From positions 586,460 through 650,459 of the forward strand of contig JAUYID010000009.1 of the NCBI GenBank assembly GCA_030704665.1: 64,000 nucleotides of DNA, in the 5' to 3' direction. Below, one piece after another: positions 19,560-28,962 of the stretch. Below the pieces are notes generated by a model, which saw nothing but the letters and a program-made list of their open reading frames with translations, ran no database searches and had not been told where the DNA came from. Source of the stretch: a bacterium. Its GTDB lineage: Bacteria; Patescibacteriota; Microgenomatia; Woykebacterales; RBG-16-39-9b. The translations under genes and the position numbers were made by a program. Each line of letters starts with the position of its first letter. The stretch's first letter is position 1.

Positions 19560-21578
19560 CTATTTAAGAAAGGGTACGAGGAGTAAAGCAACGATGTTGA
19601 TAACCTTAATCATTGGGTTAATTGCCGGACCCGCCGTATCTTTATAGGGGTCTCCAACTGTATCTCCGGTGACCGCGGCTTTGTGGGCTTCCGAGCCTTT
19701 TCCACCGTACTGCCCTTCTTCGATGTATTTCTTGGCATTGTCCCAGGCGGCTCCTCCGTTTGTCATCGAGACGGCGACGAAAACTCCAGTAATTAAAGTT
19801 CCAACGAGCAACCCTCCAAGCGCTGCTGCTCCCAGAAAGTAGCCGACCAGTACTGGGGCCACGACTGGAATTAGCGCGGGGACGATCATTTCTTTTTGAG
19901 CTGCCGCAGTCACGATAGCAACTGCCCGAGCGTAATCTGGTTTAGCACTCCCTTCCATGATCCCTTTGATTTCTTTGAATTGGCGGCGCACTTCAGTGAC
20001 CACACTACCAGCCGCTTTGCCAACCGCCTCCATTGCGAGAGCAGCAAAAAAGTAAGGTAGGGCTCCGCCAATGAAAAGTCCGACGAGAACTTTTGGATCG
20101 GAAATAGTGAAAGTAACCGTACGACCGGCAGCCAGCAACTCTTCTGAGTAAGCTGCAAACAAAACGAGAGCGGCTAACCCCGCTGAAGCAATCGCATAAC
20201 CTTTGGTGACAGCTTTGGTAGTGTTGCCAACTGCGTCCAGTGGATCGGTCACCGCTCGGACTGAAGCGGGCAAACCTGCCATCTCGGCGATACCACCAGC
20301 ATTGTCGGTAATCGGTCCAAAGGCATCAATTGCCACCACAATACCGGTCATAGACAGCATGCTCACTGCCGCAATGGCAATCCCGTAGAGACCAGCGAGA
20401 TTAAAGGAAACAAGAATAGCGGCGGCAATAAGTAAAATTGGCGCCAGTGTTGATTTCATTGAGACAGCTAGACCAGCGATGACATTGGTCCCGTGTCCAG
20501 TGGTTGAAGCTCTCGCGATTGATTTTACTGAAGGAAAACCTTTGGAGGTGTAGTATTCGGTAATAACTACCATTCCTAGGGTCACAATCAAGCCAATGAG
20601 AGAAGCATAAAAAAGGCTTTGTGGGTCTGGACCGATCACTGAATCCGTAGAAAGAGCGTACACTTTATTCGCAAAGAAATTGTTCGTCACCCACCAAAAA
20701 CCAATCGCAGCTAGTATTCCAGAAACAATTAATCCTTGGTACAACGCTCGCATTATCCCAGTCCCGGAAAGCCGAACGAACAACGTACCAATAATTGAGG
20801 CAATTATTGAAACTGCTCCCAAGGCGAGTGGGTAAAGAACCACACTTGTGTTACCAGGAAAAACAAGTGAGCCAAGCAACATCGCGGCAATTGAAGTCAC
20901 TGCATAAGTTTCAAAAAGATCAGCCGCCATCCCCGCATCATCTCCGACATTATCCCCGACATTGTCGGCAATTACCGCCGGATTGCGCGGATCATCCTCC
21001 GGAATTCCGGCTTCGACTTTTCCAACTAGATCAGCTCCGACATCAGCTCCTTTGGTAAAAATTCCACCACCCAGGCGAGCAAAAACAGAGATTAAAGAAG
21101 AACCAAACCCAAGACCGATGAGAGCTTTGACATCATGGGTGAAATAATAAAATCCAGCCACAGAAAGCAGGGCCAAACCGACGACAAAAAGTCCGGTCAC
21201 GGCTCCACCTTTGAAAGCAGTATCGAGTGCCGAAGCAAGTCCTTTTTTGGCGGCTTCAGCAGTTCTGACATTAGCTCGCACTGCCACATTCATACCGATA
21301 AAGCCCGCTGCGGCAGAAGCGACTGCTCCGACCAGAAAACCAATTCCAGTCACCATTCCCAGTTTCCACCAAATAATGAGGAAAATCAGCAGACCGACCG
21401 CGCCAACTACTCTATATTGTCGGTTTAAGTAAGCAGAAGCTCCTTCTTGAATCGCAGTAGCGATCTCCTGCATTTTTTTGTCCCCGGCCGAAAGTCTTAA
21501 AACCAAACTGACCAGAACCAGTCCGTAAAGGATGGCAGCGCCTCCGCTAGCCAGAATCCAAAGTAAAGGGTTGTTCAT
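19560..21578 (-). CDS. hppA: Membrane H+-translocating pyrophosphatase, K+-independent type
   Basis: [28 protein letters not shown] and [10 protein letters not shown] (Lys determinant of K+ independence). Confidence 0.96.
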   Translation of the reverse strand: MNNPLLWILASGGAAILYGLVLVSLVLRLSAGDKKMQEIATAIQEGASAYLNRQYRVVGAVGLLIFLIIWWKLGMVTGIGFLVGAVASAAAGFIGMNVAVRANVRTAEAAKKGLASALDTAFKGGAVTGLFVVGLALLSVAGFYYFTHDVKALIGLGFGSSLISVFARLGGGIFTKGADVGADLVGKVEAGIPEDDPRNPAVIADNVGDNVGDDAGMAADLFETYAVTSIAAMLLGSLVFPGNTSVVLYPLALGAVSIIASIIGTLFVRLSGTGIMRALYQGLIVSGILAAIGFWWVTNNFFANKVYALSTDSVIGPDPQSLFYASLIGLIVTLGMVVITEYYTSKGFPSVKSIARASTTGHGTNVIAGLAVSMKSTLAPILLIAAAILVSFNLAGLYGIAIAAVSMLSMTGIVVAIDAFGPITDNAGGIAEMAGLPASVRAVTDPLDAVGNTTKAVTKGYAIASAGLAALVLFAAYSEELLAAGRTVTFTISDPKVLVGLFIGGALPYFFAALAMEAVGKAAGSVVTEVRRQFKEIKGIMEGSAKPDYARAVAIVTAAAQKEMIVPALIPVVAPVLVGYFLGAAALGGLLVGTLITGVFVAVSMTNGGAAWDNAKKYIEEGQYGGKGSEAHKAAVTGDTVGDPYKDTAGPAINPMIKVINIVALLLVPFLK

Positions 21579-21710
21579 AAACTTTTGCTGTAGCTAACTA
21601 AATTGTAAAATAACTTTAATTGGCAGATTGGCTGGTAGTTTATCGAAAAATACACACGTTGACAAGATCCTAAGCAATTATTAATAATGTAGAAAGACGC
21701 GCAAGCGTCT

Positions 21711-21812
21711 GTATCAAGAGCTCCTGAGCGAAGCCAAGTCTGACTTGGCGAAGTCGAAGGACGGCAACCCCACAGGTAGGGTGCCAAAACGATACGCCCG
21801 CAAGGGAACTGT
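21711..21812 (+). promoter_or_regulatory. SAM riboswitch, SAM-I/IV class
   Basis: P1 GTATC/GATAC, AAGAG, GGCAACC...GGTGCCAA core, no P4, P5 CCC-GCAA-GGG, L3 ACAG able to pair with 3' CTGT; upstream of metK. Confidence 0.85.
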
Positions 21813-21820
21813 CTTTTTTG

Positions 21821-21849
21821 ACACTTTCTTTCGGGAAAGTGTTTTTTTT
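21821..21849 (+). terminator. Riboswitch expression-platform terminator
   Basis: ACACTTTCT-TTCG-GGAAAGTGT followed by a T run. Confidence 0.85.
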
Positions 21850-21885
21850 GTTTTTATAATCTTGGCTTTTAAGGAGGATTATTAA

Positions 21886-23001
21886 ATGTACAAACTTTTT
21901 ACTTCTGAATCAGTTGCCGCTGGACACCCAGACAAAATTTGTGATCAGGTCTCCGATGCCATTGTTGACGCGGCTCTCAAAAACGATCCTAGCTCAAGAG
22001 TCGCCGTCGAAACTTTGGTCACTACCAACCGCATCGTTCTCGCTGGCGAAGTTACAACCAGCAAAAAACTTGACTATGAAGCCCTGGCTCGAAAAGTGGT
22101 TCGCGATTTGGGCTATACTGATCCAGAACTTGGCTTTTCCGATCAGGCAGAAGTAGAAGTTTACATCCACGAGCAGTCTAAAGAAATTTCTCATGGGGTT
22201 GATCAGGATGGTGCCGGAGATCAAGGTATGATGTTTGGCTTTGCCAACAATGAAACCCCAGAGCTGATGCCGACTCCAATCATCTTGGCACACAAACTAA
22301 CTGAGAACCTCGACTCTCTAAGAAAAAAGGGAACCTTACCCTATCTTTTGCCAGATGGTAAAAGCGAAGTCACCATTCGCTATGAAGGGTTGAAACCAAC
22401 CGCAGTTGAGCGAGTCGTTCTTGCCGTAGCGCATAAAAAAGAAATTGCCGAAAAAGAACTTGCCGCCGATCTCTTCAAAGAACTTGTCGTTCCAAGCCTT
22501 GAAAAGTTCAAGTTCAGGGTTGACCAGAGCGCTGTCATTATCAATGGTGCTGGGCCTTGGACTAGTCCGGGACCAGCTTCCGATACTGGTTTGACTGGGC
22601 GCAAAATTGTCATTGATACTTATGGCGGTTTTGCTCGAGCTGGTGGGGGCGCGTTTAGTGGTAAGGATCCAACCAAAGTCGACCGTTCCGGAGCCTATGC
22701 AGCGCGCTTTTTGGCCAAAAACATTGTTGCTGAGAATCTTGCTGATCAGGTCGAAGTCCAAGTCGCCTATGTCATTGGCCAAGCCCAACCAGTGGCTAAA
22801 GCAATTGAGACTTTCGGGACCGAAAAGAAAAGTTTAAAGCTGATTGAAGATTTTGCCTGGAATTTGCTTGATTTGGCCGTGCCTCATATTTTGACTAAAC
22901 TTGATTTACGAAAGCCGATCTACCAAAAAACCGCCTCCTACGGTCATTTTGGCCGGGACCACTTCAGCTGGGAAAAAACTTTTCCCAAGAAAAAGAATTG
23001 A
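21886..23001 (+). CDS. metK: S-adenosylmethionine synthetase
   Basis: FTSESVAAGHPDKICDQ, GAGDQG and GGGAFSGKDPTKVDRS. Confidence 0.98.
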   Translation: MYKLFTSESVAAGHPDKICDQVSDAIVDAALKNDPSSRVAVETLVTTNRIVLAGEVTTSKKLDYEALARKVVRDLGYTDPELGFSDQAEVEVYIHEQSKEISHGVDQDGAGDQGMMFGFANNETPELMPTPIILAHKLTENLDSLRKKGTLPYLLPDGKSEVTIRYEGLKPTAVERVVLAVAHKKEIAEKELAADLFKELVVPSLEKFKFRVDQSAVIINGAGPWTSPGPASDTGLTGRKIVIDTYGGFARAGGGAFSGKDPTKVDRSGAYAARFLAKNIVAENLADQVEVQVAYVIGQAQPVAKAIETFGTEKKSLKLIEDFAWNLLDLAVPHILTKLDLRKPIYQKTASYGHFGRDHFSWEKTFPKKKN

Positions 23002-23147
23002 CAAACGAAACTTTTTAGTAGTAGACTTTTTTAGAAAAGACTGATAGTCAATGCTTTTCCTGCTCCCTAAAACTATGAAAAGATCATCACCTCGTGAAGA
23101 ATATTCTTTTAACAAGATTATGAAGGCTGGATAGGGGGTGATTAATT

Positions 23148-23813
23148 GTGACACTACAAGACTACATTAACCTCACTCAAGACTCAATCAACAACTTCTT
23201 CAATGGTCTCGGACCAACTTTATCCAACATCGTCGCGGCAATCGTCATCTTCGCCATCGGACTAATTATTGGCTCAATACTAAAAAGAGTTTGGGAAGAA
23301 ATCAGTAAGGCAGTCAGTCTCGAAAGAAGTCTTTCTGGTTGGGACGCTTACCAAAAACTGACCAAGGCTCATGACGGAGTCGATCTAACTTCCTTTGTCG
23401 GAGAGTTGCTTCGCTGGCTATCAGTCATTGTCTTCTTGCTTCCAGCCATCGATGCGCTAGGAATTGCCGGTGGACAAAGTGTACTCTCAGCAGTCATGGG
23501 TTACTTGCCAAACGTGGTCGTTGCTAGCTTGTTCTTGGTCGTTGGTTTTGTCATCTCTTGGTTCATTCATCGCTTAGTCATGGTCGCGGGTGTTTTGGTA
23601 GACAAAAACCCCTCCCATCTCATTGCTGACGTTGCTGCTTTAGCAGTCATCGTCTTTGCTCTACTTGGGGCTTTACAGCAGCTTGGCTTGGGCGCTGATC
23701 TGATCAGATTCTTTGTTTTGGCTGGCTTTGCTGCGACGGCTCTTGCCTTTGGATTGGCTGGTAAAGATACAGCCGCGGAATTGATCAAGAAATTCATGGA
23801 TCGAGCCAAATAG
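23148..23813 (+). CDS. CmpX/MscS-associated TM-helix repeat protein
   Basis: YLPNVVVA and C-terminal ALAFGLAGKD; paralog of the next gene. Confidence 0.75.
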   Translation: MTLQDYINLTQDSINNFFNGLGPTLSNIVAAIVIFAIGLIIGSILKRVWEEISKAVSLERSLSGWDAYQKLTKAHDGVDLTSFVGELLRWLSVIVFLLPAIDALGIAGGQSVLSAVMGYLPNVVVASLFLVVGFVISWFIHRLVMVAGVLVDKNPSHLIADVAALAVIVFALLGALQQLGLGADLIRFFVLAGFAATALAFGLAGKDTAAELIKKFMDRAK

Positions 23814-23851
23814 GAGAAGAATTACTGTGTTAGAAATTATCAAGGAGGACT

Positions 23852-24532
23852 ATGCAAGAGGTAAGTACAGCGGTCGTTGATGCAATCACCGACTCATTGC
23901 GAGCAACAGCTCGTTTCTTACCGAACCTGATCGCAGCGATTGTCATCTTCATCATTGGAGTGATTGTGGCTGCAATCTTGAAGAACGCTCTTTTGAGAAT
24001 TCTCGAGGTTATCAACTTCGAGCGTTGGCTGCACAACACCGGCATTCCCGAAGCCCTGAAACGGGCAGACGCGACTCTTTCAGTCAGTAAACTTTTGGCA
24101 GAACTTCTGCGCTGGTTTACGATTCTGATTTTCTTGATTCCAGCTGTCGATCAGCTAGGACTTGGGGCGGTCAATGAAGTTCTCAGTCAGTTGCTTCTCT
24201 ACATCCCCAACGTTGTGGTCGCCGTGATCATCGTTGCTGTTGGAGCAGTAGCTGCAAAACTGGCACGAGATTTCGTGACAGCGACTGCAACTGGGGTCGG
24301 AACTCAACTCTCGGGCGTGATCGGTCAAGTCGCTCAGACCTCAATTTTGGTCTTTGCGGTCCTAGCCGCCCTCACTCAGCTTGGTGTCGCTCCCGACTTG
24401 ATCAAAATCCTTTTCACCGGCTTTGTTGCTATGCTAGCAATTGCGGGTGGTCTGGCCTTTGGTCTCGGTGGAAAAGATACCGCTGCCGGTGTCTTAGAGA
24501 CAATACGAAAGAGCTTTCAGGAAAAGAAGTAA
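23852..24532 (+). CDS. CmpX/MscS-associated TM-helix repeat protein
   Basis: FLPNLIAAIVI, YIPNVVVA and GLAFGLGGKD. Confidence 0.8.
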   Translation: MQEVSTAVVDAITDSLRATARFLPNLIAAIVIFIIGVIVAAILKNALLRILEVINFERWLHNTGIPEALKRADATLSVSKLLAELLRWFTILIFLIPAVDQLGLGAVNEVLSQLLLYIPNVVVAVIIVAVGAVAAKLARDFVTATATGVGTQLSGVIGQVAQTSILVFAVLAALTQLGVAPDLIKILFTGFVAMLAIAGGLAFGLGGKDTAAGVLETIRKSFQEKK

Positions 24533-24644
24533 AAGGGCAAGAAAGCAAAGTAATTCTCTCTTGTACTGGGGCTTCTTTATGAAGTAAAATTCTTGCTGAA
24601 AATGCACGATTATCTGTCCGCCTCTGTCCTGATAAGGAGGCCCT

Positions 24645-26873
24645 ATGTATAAAAACCTGCTCCTTTTGCATCAACTTGAAAAAGAAGACTCCCCTGAGGT
24701 TGGGTTCAAGGCCGCACGTTTGGGTGAACTGTCCAGGCAAGGTCTAAAAACTCCCTCTGGCTTTGTCATTGCTTCAGAAGCTTTTTTTGATCTCCTCAAA
24801 AATAACAATCTTTACGAAAAATTTGAAAGCCTTTTTAAATCTCTGGACTTTCACCACCATCATGAACTCGAAAGCGCTTCTCTAATTTTTAAAAAGGCTC
24901 TTTTGGCTTCCCAACTACCAACTGATTTGGAGGAAAAGCTCAAAAGCGTCTTTTCTTCGTTTTCTCCTGTCTCAAGCCAATTTTTTCTTTCTTTGAGTAC
25001 AAACAATGAAGCTGTTGCCAGTTTTTTTGAAGAAAAGGAAAAATTTTTCACCGCCAGAAGTCTAAACGTCTTTATCAAAGAATTAAAATCTTCTTGGGCG
25101 GACGTCTTTGACCCAAAAGTTATTTTTCTTGCCAAAAGCAAGGAAGTTGACTTTGCAACTCTGACCCCAAGCTTAGTTTTTCAAGCCCTCGCCGCCGCCG
25201 ATGCCTCGGGGACGATCAAAACAAGGCAAACTTCTCTCGGCAACCTTGTTTCCCTCACCGCCCTCTGGGGTTTGGATACGGACCTTCACAAAAGAGTCGA
25301 TGAGGCAGACACTTACTTGGTTGACAAAAAAACCTTGGCCATTGTCCGAAAAACCATTGGTCAGCAAAAAATTCAACTCATTCCTGTGAGGGATAGTGTC
25401 AAAAAACTGCCAGTACCTTTAGTCTTTTCTAGCCAACAAAAACTTGAGGATCGCCTCATTCAAAAGCTGTGCAAAGACGCAGTAAAAATAGAGAACCACT
25501 TTCTTTCTCCCCAAAAAATCCACTGGTTTTTGGTTGACGACAACCTAATGATCGACAGTACCCAGCCTTTAGAGGAAACAGAGAAGATAAACTTCAACTC
25601 CGCCCGCTTACTTCTGGAAAATTCTCTACAAGTTCTCGCCAAAGGAAGGGGTCTCTATCCAGGAATTGCAACGGGACCAATTAAATTTTTAAGCTCGAAA
25701 TTGACTAGTACCAAACCAAACCTGAGCAAAGTAAAAAATGGGGATATAGTTTTTCTCAAAGAGTACTCGAACAAATACTCTCCTCTACTTCGCAAGGCTG
25801 CTGGCTTGGTAGTCAGCAAACTTCCAGAAAAAGCCTTTAGCGCTTCTTTAAGAAATCTGGGCAAACCAACTCTGGTTGGAGAAGTAGCGGAAAACTACGC
25901 TGGACAAGTCGTTACTCTTGATGGTGGAGAAGGAAAAGTACTGAAAGGTGCTTGGGCTAGGGAGTCCCGGCGCAGTCTTCCCACCCGAGCACAGACAGTC
26001 CCAGAACACCGTCGGCTCACCAAAATTTTTGTTAGTACCGGAGAGCCACAACTTGCGCAGGAACTGGCCCAACAAAACTTCGACGGAGTTGGTTTACTGC
26101 GCGCCGAGCCAATTTGGACGCAGATCGGTACTCATCCCCAGCTGGTTCTGAGAGAAAAGGGAGAGAAAAAGTTTGTTCGCGCTCTCGCAAACCAGATCGG
26201 CAAACTCGCGGCAGCTTTTTCCCCTCGGCCGGTGATCTACCGAGCCAGTGAATTTACTCTCGAGGATTTGCAGGCTCTTCGCGGTAGTCCCAAAGAGCAA
26301 GCTTCTGAGAGCTCTCCCCAAGGAGCTGCCTATTTTCTAGCTCATCCAGAGCACTTTGAACTTGAGCTTGAAGCAATCAAGGAGGTACGCAATGGTCTGG
26401 GCTTTAAAAACCTTTGGCTCGCGATTCCTCTAGTTCGCAGCGTTGAAGAAATGGAAAAAATCAAAAAACAAGTTTCCGGCATTGGTTTACCTCGTTCTGG
26501 CTCTTTCCGCTTGCTGATGATCGCGGAAGTTCCCGCCAACACGGTTCTCATCGATCAATTCTTGGAAACCGGTATTGATGGCCTTGTTGTTGATGTAGCT
26601 GATCTTGCTTCTTTGATTTTGGGTAAGACCACTTCACCGGGTTCAAAAACTAGCCCGGCGGTGCTCGATTCTTTAGCTAGATTGATCAAAGAAACCCGCA
26701 AAAGAAAGCTCTTTGCTTCGGCTATTCTTCAAGCCGGAGAGCTGAACGAGGAAATCTTGGAAACCCTCGTCCGAGCCGGAGTCTCGGCTGTTTCCGTGCC
26801 GCACCCTTACCTGAACCAGGCGGCTTCACTTTTGACTAAAGCTGAAAAGAAAATTGTCACGGGAAAAAACTAG
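24645..26873 (+). CDS. Phosphoenolpyruvate synthase-like protein, catalytic residues lost
   Basis: VGFKAARLGEL, DGVGLLRAE, PRPVIYRASEF and MIAEVPAN; phospho-His motif absent. Confidence 0.8.
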   Translation: MYKNLLLLHQLEKEDSPEVGFKAARLGELSRQGLKTPSGFVIASEAFFDLLKNNNLYEKFESLFKSLDFHHHHELESASLIFKKALLASQLPTDLEEKLKSVFSSFSPVSSQFFLSLSTNNEAVASFFEEKEKFFTARSLNVFIKELKSSWADVFDPKVIFLAKSKEVDFATLTPSLVFQALAAADASGTIKTRQTSLGNLVSLTALWGLDTDLHKRVDEADTYLVDKKTLAIVRKTIGQQKIQLIPVRDSVKKLPVPLVFSSQQKLEDRLIQKLCKDAVKIENHFLSPQKIHWFLVDDNLMIDSTQPLEETEKINFNSARLLLENSLQVLAKGRGLYPGIATGPIKFLSSKLTSTKPNLSKVKNGDIVFLKEYSNKYSPLLRKAAGLVVSKLPEKAFSASLRNLGKPTLVGEVAENYAGQVVTLDGGEGKVLKGAWARESRRSLPTRAQTVPEHRRLTKIFVSTGEPQLAQELAQQNFDGVGLLRAEPIWTQIGTHPQLVLREKGEKKFVRALANQIGKLAAAFSPRPVIYRASEFTLEDLQALRGSPKEQASESSPQGAAYFLAHPEHFELELEAIKEVRNGLGFKNLWLAIPLVRSVEEMEKIKKQVSGIGLPRSGSFRLLMIAEVPANTVLIDQFLETGIDGLVVDVADLASLILGKTTSPGSKTSPAVLDSLARLIKETRKRKLFASAILQAGELNEEILETLVRAGVSAVSVPHPYLNQAASLLTKAEKKIVTGKN

Positions 26874-27121
26874 TGCTCTGTGGGCGAGGAAGATGTGGCT
26901 TGTCTAGGAGTCGAGCTTTGAGTGCTGTTTGCTTGTCTGTTTTCCTCCCCACCACTTGATCGGAAAAAGATAAACCCAAGACCAAAAAGAATCAGCAGGA
27001 CAGCTAAAATTGCTACCAAAAGCCCGGTCTTGCCCTGATTTTCGTCGGATTTTTTTTCAGTTGCTAGAACTGCTTGGTCGGTATCTGAACTTGGAGAAAG
27101 CGAAGGAGTTTGTTCTTCCAT
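26870..27121 (-). CDS. Small single-TM hypothetical protein
   Basis: One hydrophobic helix and an S/T-rich tail. Confidence 0.65.
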   Translation of the reverse strand: MEEQTPSLSPSSDTDQAVLATEKKSDENQGKTGLLVAILAVLLILFGLGFIFFRSSGGEENRQANSTQSSTPRQATSSSPTEH

Positions 27122-27221
27122 GGGCTAAAAACTTACCATCTTTCTTGGTTGGCTGTCAATCAAATTTCCTGAAGAATAGATTGCAACTTTAGCCTCGATT
27201 TGTTATCATGCAAATTTGCGT

Positions 27222-27326
27222 GGGCCTCTAGCTCAATTGGCGAGAAAGCCAACTGCTTGTCTTTTGAGAGGAATTTTAGCTAAGATTGATTCTAGCGTTA
27301 AGAAATTCCTGGAAGAGTAGCGGCCT
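27222..27326 (+). repeat. tRNA-Lys 5'-end copy folded into a long hairpin
   Basis: GGGCCTCTAGCTCAATTGG (27222-27240) is identical to tRNA nt 1-19; closing arm GAGTAGCGGCCT at 27315-27326. Confidence 0.9.
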
Positions 27327-27344
27327 TTGAAGGAGGATCCTGTT

Positions 27345-27420
27345 GGGCCTCTAGCTCAATTGGTAGAGCAGCGGCCTTTTAAGCCGCGTGTTCTGGGTTC
27401 GAGTCCCAGGAGGCTCACCA
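27345..27420 (+). tRNA. tRNA-Lys(TTT)
   Basis: Anticodon arm GCGGC-CTTTTAA-GCCGC; GGTTCGAGTCC; encoded CCA. Confidence 0.97.
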
Positions 27421-27451
27421 GGATCTTCTTTCCTTCGGAAACAAGACAGTC

Positions 27452-27508
27452 GTTCTGGGTTCGTTTTTAATAAATTGGCAAGAGGCCAAGATCCCAGCGG
27501 GCTCACCA
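27452..27508 (+). repeat. tRNA-Lys 3'-end copy with hairpin
   Basis: GTTCTGGGTTCG...TTGGC-AAGAG-GCCAA-GA-TCCCAGCGGGCTCACCA versus tRNA TCCCAGGAGGCTCACCA. Confidence 0.8.
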
Positions 27509-27581
27509 AATCCGATTTATATTGATATAGTAAGCAAAAGAAAAAGGCGCCCATTGCTGAACGCCTATTAATAGCGGTCTC

Positions 27582-27878
27582 TTAGGTCAAAGGGCGTGAG
27601 CTTTGAATAACATTAATCTCCCCTAATGCCCTTTCCAGAATTGGGTTGATTTTGTAGGACCAACCCTCGCTGCATGCAGTAGTGACAACTCCAATCTGCT
27701 CCCCGGACATAGAATTTGAGAGTGGAGAAGTAACAGCTACAACTATATGAGTACCTCTGTAGAAAAGGTGGTATAACTTCACCTCGCTCTTACTAAATTT
27801 AGGTACAAGTGCTTTGTAGGCTGTATCTGCCGAGCTAGACAACATAAACCCAAACGCGACCGCCCTTACCAATTTCAT
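27582..27878 (-). CDS. Hypothetical protein
   Basis: Open frame with AAAGGA upstream of ATG 27878; no recognisable motif. Confidence 0.5.
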   Translation of the reverse strand: MKLVRAVAFGFMLSSSADTAYKALVPKFSKSEVKLYHLFYRGTHIVVAVTSPLSNSMSGEQIGVVTTACSEGWSYKINPILERALGEINVIQSSRPLT

Positions 27879-28079
27879 CTTCTGTCCTTTCACCACTAAA
27901 CTCACCTCAGGTTGGCGAGCCTAATGATGTCTTTGTTGTTTTGATTTGGGAAAAATAATTGGGGAAGAAACTTAAACCAAGGCACGACAAGACCGCCAAC
28001 TTAGTTGGATGTCTTGCTTTTCTTGATGTTTAAGTTTAAATTCATTGTTTGGAGTTTACCCCAAGAGCACAGTTTTGTC

Positions 28080-28099
28080 AAAAAGCTGCCATTCTAGCA
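28080..28099 (+). repeat. 20-bp direct repeat, copy 1
   Basis: AAAAAGCTGCCATTCTAGCA, identical at 30011-30030. Confidence 0.9.
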
Positions 28100-28121
28100 C
28101 TTTTGGTGTAAAATTCGAAAT

Positions 28122-28670
28122 ATGAAACTTTATCGATTCAGCCCGATTAAAAAATTAGAAAAACTATTTGAAGCAATTAAACACATTCATTTTGAGGCTC
28201 ACAAACTTTCAAAACAATCCTTCGGCTATTACCTTCCAAATAACGCTGGTAACATTGGTGTGTTTTGTCACTATGACGATGAATATGAAGCTCTGATAAA
28301 GATTAGAAAAGACTTAACAAAACCCTCCGATAATCCAAACCAAAAGTACTTCACTTTACTAAAACCAATCGTTATTCCAGCACAAGATGATGTTCCAGAA
28401 ACTACTTACACCCATCTTTATATTCGAAAACCAGACCCCTATCGCCATCACGTAGGAGATGTTGATTTCTATTTGGAGCCAGAAGAGTACAAAAAACCAA
28501 AAGGAGAACTACTTGCTGGTAAGAAAATGAAAGGAGCTAGAGTTTTTGAAAGACCTGATTTGGATATGATTGAACTTTTTGATCCGGACGTTGATGTTCT
28601 TGCTTACGTTAGCACTGAAAAGATGTCAGAAGCAGTCAGGGTTAAACTTTCTGAACACACTAAACTATAA
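28122..28670 (+). CDS. Hypothetical protein
   Basis: 182-aa ORF; TAAAAT 7 nt upstream of the start. Confidence 0.75.
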   Translation: MKLYRFSPIKKLEKLFEAIKHIHFEAHKLSKQSFGYYLPNNAGNIGVFCHYDDEYEALIKIRKDLTKPSDNPNQKYFTLLKPIVIPAQDDVPETTYTHLYIRKPDPYRHHVGDVDFYLEPEEYKKPKGELLAGKKMKGARVFERPDLDMIELFDPDVDVLAYVSTEKMSEAVRVKLSEHTKL

Positions 28671-28671
28671 A

Positions 28672-28962
28672 ATGATAATTCATATAGCTTTGTTCAAATT
28701 CAAACCAGAAATTTCTAACGAAGACATTAATCATGCAATGGTTGAAGTTAGATCATTGAAGGACAAGATTCCTCAAGTTGTTGAGATCTTTGCTGGGGAA
28801 AACTTTTCTAAACACTCCAAAGGTTTCACTCATGCAATCGTGGTAAAATTTGCTAGCAGGGAAGATATTGATACCTATCGAGCTCACCCTGACCACAAAC
28901 CAATAGCAGACAAACTAGATTCTTTAGAGGATGATTCTATAGGAATCGATTTTGAAGTATGA
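28672..28962 (+). CDS. Dabb family (stress-responsive A/B barrel) protein
   Basis: MIIHIALFKFK, GENFS...GFTHA and YRAHPDH. Confidence 0.9.
   Translation: MIIHIALFKFKPEISNEDINHAMVEVRSLKDKIPQVVEIFAGENFSKHSKGFTHAIVVKFASREDIDTYRAHPDHKPIADKLDSLEDDSIGIDFEV

Noticed and set aside
19448-19643. DGR template/variable repeat pair at hppA (or ftsZ)
   Set aside because: The differences are synonymous and not adenine-specific (e.g. CCT/CCC, GAC/GAT), and there is no reverse transcriptase in the window.
27222-27508. Intron-split outer tRNA-Lys enclosing the intact tRNA
   Set aside because: The apparent middle fragment (GAGTAGCGGCCT) is explained as the antisense arm of the 5' hairpin; no complete anticodon arm or intron core is visible.
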